The notes beneath the pieces are model-generated. The model ran no database searches, was not told where the DNA came from, and worked only from the letters and a program-made list of their open reading frames with translations. 32,000 nt of DNA from Wolbachia endosymbiont of Drosophila innubila (GTDB lineage: Bacteria; Pseudomonadota; Alphaproteobacteria; Rickettsiales; Anaplasmataceae): positions 1,258,588 through 1,290,587 of the forward strand of contig NZ_CP076228.1 of assembly GCF_021378375.1 (NCBI RefSeq). Direction: 5' to 3'. The translations under genes were made by a program, and so were the position numbers. Shown in pieces: positions 18,615 through 29,267 of this stretch; positions within the stretch are counted from its first letter, which is position 1; each line of letters opens with the position of its first letter.

Positions 18615-20093
18615 ATGTACAACAACTTACGCGACTTCATCAAAGCCTTAGAAGAAAAAAAAGATCTGATTAGGATTAAGGAGGAAGTTTCAACAGTTCT
18701 TGAAATGACAGAAATTCATCGCAGAGTTTTGTCAAGCAAAGGGCCAGCGATCATTTTTGAAAATGTTATCACAGAAAATGGCAAAAATTCGATTCCAGTT
18801 TTGGTGAATTTATTTGGTACTATTAAGAGGATTGCATTGGGGTTGAACATAAATCCTGATGAACTAAGAGATCTTGGTAAACTTTTAGCATTTTTGCAAT
18901 CACCTGAGCCGCCAAAAAACTTTAAGGATGCTATAAAAATGTTTCCTTTGTTGAAAGTCGTGTTATCGATGCGAAGTAAAGTCGTGAGCAAGGCTCCATG
19001 TCAAGAGGTAGTGCTAACCGGAGATGAAGTGGACCTAAGTCTACTGCCCATTCAAACATGCTGGCCAAATGAACCTGCACCACTTATCACCTGGCCGATT
19101 GTGGTAACAAAAGGACCCACGAAAGAAAAGCAAGATAATTTTAATCTTGGAATATATCGTATGCAGGTTATAGATAAAAAAACAACACTAATGCGTTGGC
19201 TTGCACAAAGAGGTGGCGCAACTCACCATAAGCGTTGGAAGGAAGAAGGCAGAGATATGAAATTTCCTGCTGCTGCTGTGATCGGTAGTGATCCTGCAAC
19301 GATTATTGCTGCGGTAACTCCAGTGCCAGAAACATTGTCAGAATACCAATTTGCTGGACTACTGCGAAAGAAGCCGCTTGAGCTTGTAAATTGTAAGACT
19401 ATTCCACTTCAAGTGCCAGCTCACGCAGAAATCGTTCTGGAAGGCTATGTGAGTTTGGATAGCTATCAAGACGAAGGGCCATACGGAGACCACACTGGCT
19501 ACTATAATTCTGTTGAGCAATTTCCTGAATTTAATATTACTGCAATTACTATGCGCAAAAATCCAATTTATCTCAGCACTTTCACTGGCAAGCCACCTGA
19601 TGAACCATCGATTCTTGGTGAAGCACTCAACGAAATTTTTGTGCCCATTCTTATCAATCAATTTCCAGAGATAGTGGACTTTTATCTGCCACCGGAAGGT
19701 TGCTCATATAGAATAGCGGTAGTGTCGATAAAAAAATCCTATCCAGGGCAGGCAAAAAGAATTGTTATGGGCATACTTTCCTTTCTAAAGCAATTTTTAT
19801 ACACGAAGTTTATTATCGTTGTTGATGATGATATAAATGTACGTGATTGGAAGGAAGTGATGTGGGCAATGTCAACAAGGATGGACCCTGTGCGTGATAC
19901 AATCATGATAGAAAATGCACCTATTGATTATTTAGACTTTGCTTCCCCTGAAAGTGGACTTGGAGGTAAGATGGGATTTGATGCGACAAATAAAATCCCG
20001 CCTGAAACCAAACGAGAGTGGGGAAAGAAAATTGAGATGAGTGAGGAAATAGTAAGGAAAGTCGCGGAGAAGTGGGAGGAATATATGGACTAG
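18615..20093 (+). CDS. ubiD: UbiD-family 4-hydroxy-3-polyprenylbenzoate decarboxylase
   Basis: 492 aa with NLGIYRMQV, the [13 protein letters not shown] region and [11 protein letters not shown], all typical of UbiD. Confidence 0.9.
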   Translation: MYNNLRDFIKALEEKKDLIRIKEEVSTVLEMTEIHRRVLSSKGPAIIFENVITENGKNSIPVLVNLFGTIKRIALGLNINPDELRDLGKLLAFLQSPEPPKNFKDAIKMFPLLKVVLSMRSKVVSKAPCQEVVLTGDEVDLSLLPIQTCWPNEPAPLITWPIVVTKGPTKEKQDNFNLGIYRMQVIDKKTTLMRWLAQRGGATHHKRWKEEGRDMKFPAAAVIGSDPATIIAAVTPVPETLSEYQFAGLLRKKPLELVNCKTIPLQVPAHAEIVLEGYVSLDSYQDEGPYGDHTGYYNSVEQFPEFNITAITMRKNPIYLSTFTGKPPDEPSILGEALNEIFVPILINQFPEIVDFYLPPEGCSYRIAVVSIKKSYPGQAKRIVMGILSFLKQFLYTKFIIVVDDDINVRDWKEVMWAMSTRMDPVRDTIMIENAPIDYLDFASPESGLGGKMGFDATNKIPPETKREWGKKIEMSEEIVRKVAEKWEEYMD

Positions 20094-20188
20094 ACTTCTT
20101 GCATAAAAGCAGAAAAAAGTTTGGCGTTTTTTATAATGCCGCATTAACTGATAATTGTGATTTAAGTTCGTCACAGTGCCCTTTTTTT

Positions 20189-20259
20189 GTCATCCTATAG
20201 CTATACCGCCGCGGTATCTCTTAGCCGCTAACAAGCAGCGGGATACTTAGGGATGACGG
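20189..20259 (-). repeat. Palindromic repeat element, reverse orientation
   Basis: The reverse complement reads ccgtcatccctaagtatcccgctgcttgttagcggctaagagataccgcggcggtat..., the short variant of the 9914-10673 units. Confidence 0.7.
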
Positions 20260-20280
20260 TTGTTGTTTAGCTATAAATAT

Positions 20281-20560
20281 TAAGAAATTTACCAAATGAA
20301 AAAAAAGGCAAAAGAAGCCCTGGGGTTATTATCCGCTTTAAAATATTGGCGTTTTTTATGTTTTAAACGCTTGACAAGCGAGATTCAGCCGCTTTTAATT
20401 GCAACTAACCTACGCTGCAAATGTTTAAGAAATTTACTAAGCAGAAAAAAAGACAAAGAATCCCCGAGTTAGCTAGTCTTTTACTATCTCTGTCGAGTAT
20501 TGGCATTTTTTGATGTCTTGTAACGCTTTATAAGCGCGTTCAGCTTATTTAGATAAAAAT
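20281..20560 (-). repeat. Two diverged tandem copies (~140 bp each) of the tail module of the promoter-led repeat
   Basis: On the minus strand each copy holds a CGCTT-N3-AAGCG hairpin, then CTCGGGG/CCCAGGG-(A/C)TTCTTTG-T run-GGTAAATTTCTTAA/AGTAAATTTCTTAA. The same tail occurs at 9760-9880 (+). Confidence 0.5.
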
Positions 20561-20698
20561 CTAGATGTAGATGAAGTTTTGTAAAGACATACAGTATCTA
20601 TATACTGCAAAAAATTGAACATAAGACGCCGATACATTAAGTAATCCTTACCTTTTAATCTGCAGATTGGCGAAAGCAAATACAATAGCTTCAATTTT

Positions 20699-20727
20699 AT
20701 GATAAGGGGGCTGGCGGAGTTTGTCAA
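20699..20727 (-). promoter_or_regulatory. Consensus-like sigma70 promoter, second copy of the module
   Basis: Minus strand reads TTGACA (20727-20722), a 17-nt spacer, then TATCAT (20704-20699). Flanks are homologous to 9565-9615 (AGAAACGAAAA...CTTGACAAACTCC.CCAGC.CCCTTAT). Confidence 0.45.
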
Positions 20728-20790
20728 GCAATTTTCGTTTCTGCGAGTACCTGAGTTTATTGACTTCATTAGAGCCAAAACTCTTGAGAC

Positions 20791-21648
20791 CTAGGTGATA
20801 ATTCTATCTAAAAGGATGCCAAAAAAGAGAAGCAACCCTACGTAGGAATTATTTTTAAATATGGACATGCATTGACTGGGATCGTCAGGATTGAAATTTT
20901 TGTATTGGCGGTGAAATATGAACCCTACAGCAAGTAGAGCAATATAAAAAATGTTATTTAATGATGATAAGATACCAGCATATAGCCACGTCATAAGAGA
21001 TATTAAATAAAATCTTTTCAACCAAGATTTTGTTGTATCACCAAAATATAATGCGGTAGATTTCATCCCGAGTTTTTCATCATCTTTTTTATCTTGATGG
21101 GCGTATATGGTGTCATAGCTAAGTGTCCAAAAGACGCATCCTATATAAAACAGCAAGGATTCTATACTGATCTGGTTTATTATTGCTGCTGAGCCCATGA
21201 GCGATCCCATATTGAAGGTAAACCCTAAGAACAATTGTGGCCACCAAACATACCGCTTTAATAAAGGGTAAGTAGCTATCATACACATTGAGATTATTCC
21301 AAGTATGAGTGTAGTTTTATTAGTTAATAATAAGATTACCAGGGCAATAGACAGTAACAGTGAAAGTAAAGCTAAAGCCTGCTTTATGTTTAATGCACCA
21401 CTTGCAAGTGGCCTATATTTTGTTCGTTCAACGTGCGCATCTATTTTTCTATCGAAGATATCATTGATTATGCACCCTGCGGGTCTCATTAAAAATGCAC
21501 CTATAGTAAACAAAACAAGGAGAAAAAGAACCTGATACGATAGAGAAGTTGAGGCTAAAAGAATACCGCTCAAACTGGGAAATAGCACAAGCCACAAACC
21601 TGTTAAACTGTGCAACCTCATTAATGAAAAGTAATGGTTGAAATACAT
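20791..21648 (-). CDS. ubiA: 4-hydroxybenzoate polyprenyltransferase
   Basis: 285-aa polytopic protein with NDIFDRKIDAHVERTKYRPLASG and the second Asp-rich motif YAHQDKKDD. Confidence 0.9.
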   Translation of the reverse strand: MYFNHYFSLMRLHSLTGLWLVLFPSLSGILLASTSLSYQVLFLLVLFTIGAFLMRPAGCIINDIFDRKIDAHVERTKYRPLASGALNIKQALALLSLLLSIALVILLLTNKTTLILGIISMCMIATYPLLKRYVWWPQLFLGFTFNMGSLMGSAAIINQISIESLLFYIGCVFWTLSYDTIYAHQDKKDDEKLGMKSTALYFGDTTKSWLKRFYLISLMTWLYAGILSSLNNIFYIALLAVGFIFHRQYKNFNPDDPSQCMSIFKNNSYVGLLLFFGILLDRIIT

Positions 21649-21651
21649 TAA

Positions 21652-22050
21652 TTAAGTATGATTATGTAATATTTTGCTTACATTAACAAAATTATCGAAC
21701 GCTAAATCAGGCTTGAAAACTAACTCAGGTATAAATCGCAAATCAACATAACACAATATAGATTTACGTATTGACCATGCAGACTGGTTCATTTCATTAA
21801 CAACAGTGTTAATATCACAATTATTCTCAGAAGGATCTCCAGTGCGTCTTTTTTCTGGATCTAAGTAGTCAGCTACTTGAATATTCAATGAAGATAACAC
21901 AATATATACATCTGCTTTTTTCAAATCTTTACTTAATTTTACGTCAGATACCGCTACATTTTTATTGAACACCTTACCTTCCATTAGAACTCTTGATATT
22001 GCTCTATGCAATACCGATGCTATCTTTAGGTTTCTAATTTCCTTTTTCAT
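21652..22050 (-). CDS. rbfA: Ribosome-binding factor A
   Basis: 132 aa with an RbfA-like N-terminal pattern (RNLKIASVLHRAISRVL...VSDVKLSKDLKKADVYI). It sits in the conserved position after infB. Confidence 0.8.
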   Translation of the reverse strand: MKKEIRNLKIASVLHRAISRVLMEGKVFNKNVAVSDVKLSKDLKKADVYIVLSSLNIQVADYLDPEKRRTGDPSENNCDINTVVNEMNQSAWSIRKSILCYVDLRFIPELVFKPDLAFDNFVNVSKILHNHT

Positions 22051-22059
22051 ATCCAGCTA

Positions 22060-24384
22060 CTATAACACCCTTTCTTCTTGCACTAATTGATAAGCTTCCA
22101 AAATATCTCCAACTTTAATATCGACATTACCCTCTAGTGATACTCCGCATTCAAAGTTTACACCTACTTCTTTAACATCATCTTTAAATCTACGTAGTGC
22201 TTTTAACTTTCCTTCATGCACCAATTTGCCACCACGCATTACCTTAATTAAAGAATCTTTTCTTATGACTCCATCACTTACGTAACATCCAATGATATTA
22301 CCAGCTTTAGATACGTTAAATATTTGCCTCACAGATGCAAAGCCAACACGAACCTCTCGTGTAACAGGCTTTAACATTTTAGTTAAATACATTCTCATGT
22401 CGTCAATGAGCTCGTATATTATGTTATAAGTATGTATTTCTATACCTTTTTGTTTTGCCAAGTCCCTTATTTTTGAGTCCACTTTTACATTAAAAGCTAA
22501 AATTACTGCACTTGATGCTTCTGCAAGCAGCACATCTGAATCTGTTATCCCTCCTACTGCTTTGTGTAGGATATTTAATTTCACTTGGTCTTTACCGAGT
22601 TTATCAATTGAACTTGATATTGCTTCAATAGAACCAGTTACATCGCACTTTAAAACTACAGATAGTTCTTCTGTTTCGCTGTTATTACGACTGAATATAT
22701 CTAAATTATTGTCGCCCAAATCTTCTTTCTTTTTCTTGATTAACTCTAGCCTGTATTCAACAATTTCACGCGCCTGCTTTTCAGAATTTACAACAACAAA
22801 TTTATCTCCAGCATTTGGTACACCATTTAGACCAGTAATTTCAATTGGAGCGGAGGGTAGTGCTGCTTTTTCTCTTTGACCGAGGTGATTAACCATACTA
22901 CGTACTTTGCTGTATGTTGTACCAACTACCAATATATCACCAACCTTTAACGTTCCTTCCTCAACTATCAATGTGGCTGATATTCCTTTCGCTTTATCTA
23001 TTTTGGATTCTATTACCCATCCAAGTGCTCGACAATCTTCTATTGCTTCTAGCTTCATTAATTCAGCGATTAACAAAATCGCCTCTTCTAGTTTATCTAA
23101 ATTAGTTTTCTTTTTTGCTGATACTGGCATAATCATAACATCACCACCAAGCCCTTCAGGGATGAGATCATATTGAGGCAAACTATTAATTATTTTTTCT
23201 ACATCACCAGGCTCAGATTTATCAATTTTATTAATAGCAACTATAATGGAAACATTTGCTGCTTTTGCATGATTTATTGCTTCAACTGTTTGTTTCATGA
23301 TTCCATCGTCAGCTGCAACTACTATTACAACTATATTAGTAATATTGGCACCACGTGCACGCATCGCAGTGAACGCTTCATGTCCTGGTGTATCAATAAA
23401 GGTAATTTTTTGCTTATCTTTTGTCGTTATTTGATAAGCACCTATGTGTTGAGTTATGCCACCTGACTCTCTTTCTGCAACATTAGATTCACGAAATGCA
23501 TCGAGCAATGAGGTTTTACCATGATCGACGTGTCCCATAAAAGTGACGATTGGTGGTTTAGGTTTTTTAGGCAGGCTTTCTCTGCCTTCTATAAAAAATA
23601 AATCTTTTTCTCTGTTGGTATCGCTCACTCGTTTAGCCGTATGATTAAATTTTTCCACTATTTCACATGCTATATCTGGATCCACCAGATTATCTACTCT
23701 ATAACTCTCACCGACTTCTTCTTTGAACATTTTTAGCACACTCTTGCTATCTTCTGCCATGCGAATAGATAACTCCCTGATAGTTATTTTGTCTGGTATA
23801 ATAACTTCTCTTGATATATTTTTACCCTTAGTAAACTTTGACTTTCTACCTCTTATACCAAACCTTTGCTTAAATACAGGGGGTTGTTCAGTTTTTTCAT
23901 CTATTGCCTGTGCAATTACCAGTTTAGAATGCTTAGAATATATATCTTTGTTGACTTTAAAAGACTTTTTATCGTTGTCCTCATGGTCAATACTATCTTC
24001 TTTTGGTTCAACTAAGTGGGTATTACTTAAAACTTGCTTATTTATTTCCTTAGATAAAGCGTCCGCTTCATTTTTCTCGTCAATCTCTTTATTGCTGTCT
24101 TCTTTTGCTGTTTTCTCTTTTTCTTCTCTCTGATTTCTTTCTTTCAGCAAAGCAGCATTCTGCACAGCATTAATGCGAAAAATTTGTTCTTTCTCTGTTA
24201 AAGAACATAATTTACTCTCGTCAAATAAATTATGTTCTTCTGCATCATGAGATTTTTTTCTTCTTTTTTTTACTACTGTAGCTCCAGTACTTGGGCTAGC
24301 TGAAGAGTTTAAATTGAGGTCTAATTTAAGCTTGCTTAAACCTTGGAGCGTTAATTTTTTATCACTGATATCTTCATTATTCAT
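22060..24384 (-). CDS. infB: Translation initiation factor IF-2
   Basis: GTPase motifs [20 protein letters not shown] and NKID. 774 aa, downstream of nusA. Confidence 0.95.
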   Translation of the reverse strand: MNNEDISDKKLTLQGLSKLKLDLNLNSSASPSTGATVVKKRRKKSHDAEEHNLFDESKLCSLTEKEQIFRINAVQNAALLKERNQREEKEKTAKEDSNKEIDEKNEADALSKEINKQVLSNTHLVEPKEDSIDHEDNDKKSFKVNKDIYSKHSKLVIAQAIDEKTEQPPVFKQRFGIRGRKSKFTKGKNISREVIIPDKITIRELSIRMAEDSKSVLKMFKEEVGESYRVDNLVDPDIACEIVEKFNHTAKRVSDTNREKDLFFIEGRESLPKKPKPPIVTFMGHVDHGKTSLLDAFRESNVAERESGGITQHIGAYQITTKDKQKITFIDTPGHEAFTAMRARGANITNIVVIVVAADDGIMKQTVEAINHAKAANVSIIVAINKIDKSEPGDVEKIINSLPQYDLIPEGLGGDVMIMPVSAKKKTNLDKLEEAILLIAELMKLEAIEDCRALGWVIESKIDKAKGISATLIVEEGTLKVGDILVVGTTYSKVRSMVNHLGQREKAALPSAPIEITGLNGVPNAGDKFVVVNSEKQAREIVEYRLELIKKKKEDLGDNNLDIFSRNNSETEELSVVLKCDVTGSIEAISSSIDKLGKDQVKLNILHKAVGGITDSDVLLAEASSAVILAFNVKVDSKIRDLAKQKGIEIHTYNIIYELIDDMRMYLTKMLKPVTREVRVGFASVRQIFNVSKAGNIIGCYVSDGVIRKDSLIKVMRGGKLVHEGKLKALRRFKDDVKEVGVNFECGVSLEGNVDIKVGDILEAYQLVQEERVL

Positions 24385-24393
24385 ATTATTTTA

Positions 24394-25971
24394 TTATATT
24401 AATCCAAGCTTTTTACGTGCTTCTATGATTATTGAATCTACTGTATCTTTTAGATCTTCTTTGCTATCGGATGAGGAAGAGAGTATGCTGCAAAACTCAT
24501 AACTTGATAAATCTGCTATGTCCTCTAAAGTCTTAATATCATGCTTACTAAGAGCAATTTTATTGTCTATTGATAAAGTTAAATTGATTACATCATCCTC
24601 CATACCTAAACTTTTTAGCTCTTCTATTTTTCTATCATTTTCTGCTTTCAGGTACTTATTTGCTCTATTGTGAAGTTCGTTTGCAATATCTTCATTAAAG
24701 CCCTCTATTGAAGCAAGCTCTTTAATTGAAGCGCTAGATATGTCTTCTACACTTGAAAAACCTTCTGTTACCAATAGCTGACCCATAATCTCTTCTAAGT
24801 TTAAAGCTTCAGCAAATAAAGCTGAACATTGACTAAGTTCTTTACTTCGCCTTTCTGATTCTTGCTGAGTGCTTAATATCTCAATTTTCCATCCAACAAG
24901 CTCTGAAGCTAATCTTACATTCTGGCCCTTTTTTCCTATCGCTAAACTCAATTGATCTTCAGCAACTATTAACTCTATGCAATTTTCATTTTCATCAATA
25001 ATAACCTTCGATACTTCTGCAGGAGTAATGGCTTTAATAACGAATTGACCCAAATCTGAGGAGTAATTTATAACGTCAATTTTTTCACCATTTAATTCGT
25101 GTATAATAGTTTTTATTCTATCTCCCTTAACTCCAACACAAGCACCTACTGGATCAATGTTCTTGTCGGGAGAGAAAACGGCAACCTTAGACCTTGAACC
25201 AGCATCTCTAGCTATACCTTTAATTGTCACTAATCCGTCAGCAATTTCTGGTATTTCTTGATTTAATAATGCCTCCAAAAAGCCTTCATGAGTCCTAGAA
25301 AGAATAATTTGACGTCCATCATCAGAGCGCTTAACAGTCTGTATGTAAGCTTTAACCTTATCACCTTCACGAAATGATTCACCACCAGTTAAATTTCGCA
25401 ATGGAAGATATGCCCTAGTGCCATTTATGTCTATAATAAGATCTGAATATTCTACTTGTTTAACAATACCATACCTTATTTCTCCCACTTTATCTTTAAA
25501 CTCCTCATATTGCTTTTTTGACTCTTCATCTTTAATTACTTGAGCAATCTTTTGCTGGGCAATTCTTGCTGAAGCAAGATCAGTGTTAAGAGAGAGCAAT
25601 TCACTAACAGTATCTCCAACTTTTGCATCTCCTTTTATTAATTTAGCTTGTGTAAGCGTAATTGATTCACACTCAGTATTCTCTTTTTCATTTGATTCAT
25701 CATCAATAACTTTTAGTTTTCTATATGAAGTAACTTTGCCTGTGTTTCTATCTATATCAACTACAATTTTACTTTTGCTACCATATTTTTGATGAGCCAC
25801 TGCTTCTATAGCACTTTCTAGTGCCTTTATTACAACATCAAAATCTAAACCTTTTTGAAGTGAAAGCTCTCCTGCTGTTTTTATTACATCAAGGCTTCCA
25901 ACTATATTATTCTTGTTACTTTTCTGCTTAACACTGCTTTTACGATTAGCAATCATAATAAATAAATCCAA
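24394..25971 (-). CDS. nusA: Transcription termination/antitermination factor NusA
   Basis: S1 and KH domains (GACVGVKGDRIK, AIGKKGQNVRLAS) plus a C-terminal HhH region. The true start may be the internal MIANRK Met. Confidence 0.95.
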   Translation of the reverse strand: MDLFIMIANRKSSVKQKSNKNNIVGSLDVIKTAGELSLQKGLDFDVVIKALESAIEAVAHQKYGSKSKIVVDIDRNTGKVTSYRKLKVIDDESNEKENTECESITLTQAKLIKGDAKVGDTVSELLSLNTDLASARIAQQKIAQVIKDEESKKQYEEFKDKVGEIRYGIVKQVEYSDLIIDINGTRAYLPLRNLTGGESFREGDKVKAYIQTVKRSDDGRQIILSRTHEGFLEALLNQEIPEIADGLVTIKGIARDAGSRSKVAVFSPDKNIDPVGACVGVKGDRIKTIIHELNGEKIDVINYSSDLGQFVIKAITPAEVSKVIIDENENCIELIVAEDQLSLAIGKKGQNVRLASELVGWKIEILSTQQESERRSKELSQCSALFAEALNLEEIMGQLLVTEGFSSVEDISSASIKELASIEGFNEDIANELHNRANKYLKAENDRKIEELKSLGMEDDVINLTLSIDNKIALSKHDIKTLEDIADLSSYEFCSILSSSSDSKEDLKDTVDSIIIEARKKLGLI

Positions 25972-26044
25972 TGTAATTAGTTATAATTATAGCTCCAACG
26001 GGCAAAGAACACTATCTTAAATGTTAAATGATTGCTAATTTAAG

Positions 26045-29000
26045 TCAAGTTTTTTCATGTTTTTGTATAACAAGCAACGCAGGAGTAAAGAATAAAGTTA
26101 AAACCGTTGCAGCCAATATTCCACTTGCTATGGTTGTTGAAATGTCAACCCACCACTGGCTTGATGGAGCATCATATGTGATTTGTAGCGTAAAAAAATT
26201 GATATTTAACCTGGTAATCATCGGTATTAAACCAAGAACTGTGGTTGCAACGGTAAGCAATATTGGCCTAACGCGAGAAATTGCAGCGTTTATTACACAT
26301 CGCTTGATGTCATTTTTGTGTACCTTAATTTGATGATGAAAGGCATCAAGCAATAGTATGTTATTATTCACTATAATTCCTGCCAAAGCAATTATCCCCA
26401 CTCCACACATAACAACTACGAAAACTTGTTGGATAAGAAAGAAAACAAAAAACACACATGTTGTGGATAAAAACACTGCTGTCATTACGATAAATGTATG
26501 GTATACATTATTAAACTGTGTCACTAATACCAATATCATTAGTGTAATCGCTAATATAAAAGCCTTTAACAAAAATGCTCCTGATTTTTGTTGATCTTCT
26601 TTGTCGCCTTTAAAATCAATTTTTACTCCCTTGTTCCAATCCTGGGCAATAGAATTCTGAATGAACTTTACTCTTTCATCAACAAGATAGCCAGTATCAA
26701 TGTCAGCAGAGATTGTCACTGTGCGTAATCCATCAATCCTGTTTAGTTTGTTTACCTTTTTTTCGGGAGCATATTTTACTATGTTGCTCATAGGATACGG
26801 GCCATTAACTGTATTGATAAAAAGATTGTCTATAGTCTTCATATTGCGGTCCTTTCTGGGGAAACGGAGTACAATATCGATTTCTTCATCCGTGTTATTT
26901 GGTCTATATTTTCCAATCAATACTCCATTTGTAACCATCTTTATAAAATCGCCAATGGTTGCAACACTTACTTCAGAGCTTGTAGCCTTACTCTTATCAA
27001 CACTCATATTCCACTCTATTTCAGGTGCTGATCTGCTATCTTGAATATTTATAAACCCGGATGAAGGTTGGTTCATAATTTCTAGAATTTTCTCTGCTGC
27101 TAAATTCAAACTGGATACACTCCCGCTGAGGTTAATTTGTATTGGCTTGTCAGCCGACGGTCCTGGCTTTTCCTCTTGAACATTAATTATTATTCCTTTC
27201 ATGTCTTGCACACTGCTCCTTATATCATTTAGTATGTGCTTAGCTTTGCGCCTGAAGCGCCAATCCATAAGTTCTAGTTGTATTCTGGCGATAACGTTGT
27301 CTGAAAATGCTCCTGATCTAGCATAAGAAACATGAATTTCTTTTTCAATGCTCAAAATGCGTTCTTCCACTTCTTTGAGTATCAGATCTCGTTCTTTGGC
27401 TGATAAGCTTTCTTTTGCTTTAACACTGATTAAAATATTATCTGAATCCACTTTCGGAAAAAACTTTACTCCAGGACCAAAAGTAAAGTACAGCACACTA
27501 AATGAAAACAAAACGAATACAGTAGCACATACGAATTTTTTAGGATGATCCAAAACCTTCTCTAGCATGCGTACGTAAGCTCTTATTATAGGCCCAGCAT
27601 TTTTTATTTCACCACTTTCTATAGCACTCATTTTTTTTATTTCTTTTTTTGAAGTTATCGAAGGCTTACCAAATATTGCACCAAGTGTTGGTATAAAAAC
27701 CAAAGCCATAATGAGCGATCCAGTCAAAGTTAGGATTATTGTAATTGGTATGTACTGCATGAATTTACCAACAGTATCAGGCCAGAATAATAGAGGAAAA
27801 AACACTGCTAATTTAGTTAACGTTGATGATAGAACCGGATAAAACATATCACGAACTGAAGTGTAAAAAGCTTCTACTTTGTCCATTCCGCAGATCATCT
27901 TTCTATCGGCATATTCGCTGATCACAATTGCATCATCAATCAGCATGCCAACAGCCATAATTAAACTGAAGAGCACAACGATATTTAAGGTTATACCCAT
28001 AAAGTAAAGAGCTATTATCCCAATGAGAAAGGAACCGGGTATCGAGAGTGCCACAAGAATAGCAATCCTTGTTCCCATAGAAAGCATCATTATGATCAAT
28101 ATTAACAACACAGCAAATATTATGCTGTTTTCCAAGTCATCAAGCACATCGCGGACGTTTTTTGACTGGTCGTTTAAGTACATCACTTTTAAATTTTCAG
28201 GTAATTGATCTTTTGCCTTATCCATTAAGTATTTTACTTGATTTACTGTGTCTATTATGTTTTTTCCGTTACGTTTTGAAATTCCTAGCACGACACTAGG
28301 TAATCCATTAATGCGAGCAAATCCTTGGTGATCCTCAAACCTAGGGTATACTTTTGCTATATCTTTGATCCTCAAAACTGCATCGCCTTGAGATCTAATA
28401 GGAATATTCATAATATCTTCTATATCTTTTAATAACCCTGATATTTTAATCGAATATTTACCGGTATCATTTTCCAGTGACCCAGCTCCCACTAGTCTGT
28501 TATTGCTTGATATAGCTTGGAATATTTCGTTTGATTGAATGTTATATTTTGTTAGAACTGTGGGCTCAACTATCACTTCCACTGTTTCTTTACGCATACC
28601 TGCCACTTCAACTTTGAGAACATTTGGCAGAGATTCTATTTCTTTCTTTAGCTTGCGTGCTATTTCAGTTAAGGCTCTTTCTGGCAAATTACCAATTAAG
28701 CCGACATTGAGTATCGGAAATAAGCTCAAGTTTATTTCATTGATTATCGGAGATTCCGCTTCAACAGGTAACTTCGATTTTATGTTTGAAAGCTTTGAAC
28801 GGACATTATCGAGCACTTTTTTATTATCATGCTCTGTTCCAAATTCGAGTATCATGTGAGCACCATCATTAGTTGCAAAAGCTCTCAATTCTCTTACACC
28901 TTCGATGGATCTTAGTTCATTTTCTATAGGAAGCACTAATAGCTTTTCACTATCTTGAGCAGAAATCCCAGGAAGTCCAACAAACACGCTGATTATAGGA

Positions 29001-29119
29001 ATCTGTATACCAGGATTGCTTTTCCTTGGCATTTTTACATAAACGTATGAACCGAAGATAAAAATTACTATAAGTAATAATACCACCGCCCTGTTTCGCT
29101 CTATGAGTAAGCTCTGCAT
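26045..29119 (-). CDS. RND-family (AcrB/AcrD/AcrF-type) efflux transporter permease
   Basis: 1024 aa in a 12-TM, two-large-loop layout, with a typical N-terminus (NRAVVLLLIVIFIFG) and the TM4 DDAIV motif. Confidence 0.9.
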   Translation of the reverse strand: MQSLLIERNRAVVLLLIVIFIFGSYVYVKMPRKSNPGIQIPIISVFVGLPGISAQDSEKLLVLPIENELRSIEGVRELRAFATNDGAHMILEFGTEHDNKKVLDNVRSKLSNIKSKLPVEAESPIINEINLSLFPILNVGLIGNLPERALTEIARKLKKEIESLPNVLKVEVAGMRKETVEVIVEPTVLTKYNIQSNEIFQAISSNNRLVGAGSLENDTGKYSIKISGLLKDIEDIMNIPIRSQGDAVLRIKDIAKVYPRFEDHQGFARINGLPSVVLGISKRNGKNIIDTVNQVKYLMDKAKDQLPENLKVMYLNDQSKNVRDVLDDLENSIIFAVLLILIIMMLSMGTRIAILVALSIPGSFLIGIIALYFMGITLNIVVLFSLIMAVGMLIDDAIVISEYADRKMICGMDKVEAFYTSVRDMFYPVLSSTLTKLAVFFPLLFWPDTVGKFMQYIPITIILTLTGSLIMALVFIPTLGAIFGKPSITSKKEIKKMSAIESGEIKNAGPIIRAYVRMLEKVLDHPKKFVCATVFVLFSFSVLYFTFGPGVKFFPKVDSDNILISVKAKESLSAKERDLILKEVEERILSIEKEIHVSYARSGAFSDNVIARIQLELMDWRFRRKAKHILNDIRSSVQDMKGIIINVQEEKPGPSADKPIQINLSGSVSSLNLAAEKILEIMNQPSSGFINIQDSRSAPEIEWNMSVDKSKATSSEVSVATIGDFIKMVTNGVLIGKYRPNNTDEEIDIVLRFPRKDRNMKTIDNLFINTVNGPYPMSNIVKYAPEKKVNKLNRIDGLRTVTISADIDTGYLVDERVKFIQNSIAQDWNKGVKIDFKGDKEDQQKSGAFLLKAFILAITLMILVLVTQFNNVYHTFIVMTAVFLSTTCVFFVFFLIQQVFVVVMCGVGIIALAGIIVNNNILLLDAFHHQIKVHKNDIKRCVINAAISRVRPILLTVATTVLGLIPMITRLNINFFTLQITYDAPSSQWWVDISTTIASGILAATVLTLFFTPALLVIQKHEKT

Positions 29120-29236
29120 GTTGAATGTTAGCTGAATATGTGCGTTTGTACAATATTATAGTCGAGATACATTGCATATTAATTAATCCTTGTGTAGCTT
29201 TAAAACTTTATGCAAATAATTAAAATTTTTGCAAAA

Positions 29237-29265
29237 TTGCAAGTATAAGAAAATTTCTGTATAAT
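29237..29265 (+). promoter_or_regulatory. Near-consensus sigma70 promoter immediately upstream of the IS insertion point
   Basis: TTGCAA (29237-29242), a 17-nt spacer, then TATAAT (29260-29265). The IS begins at 29268. Confidence 0.5.
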
Positions 29266-29267
29266 AA

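Noticed and set aside
20545-20778. 77-aa minus-strand ORF in the ubiD/ubiA gap, and the 16-codon ORF at 9630-9680 in the sister module
   Set aside because: The 77-aa ORF starts upstream of the predicted promoter and runs through it. The two modules share no conserved peptide, so coding potential is not conserved.
22562-24502. Plus-strand ORFs of 62-136 aa antisense to infB and nusA
   Set aside because: They show the same antisense composition artefact, they have no recognisable motifs, and they overlap strongly supported genes.
26028-28859. Plus-strand ORFs of 61-114 aa antisense to the RND transporter, and the 75-aa minus-strand ORF 28950-29177
   Set aside because: They lie inside or out of frame with a 1024-aa gene of clear family membership and have no motifs of their own.
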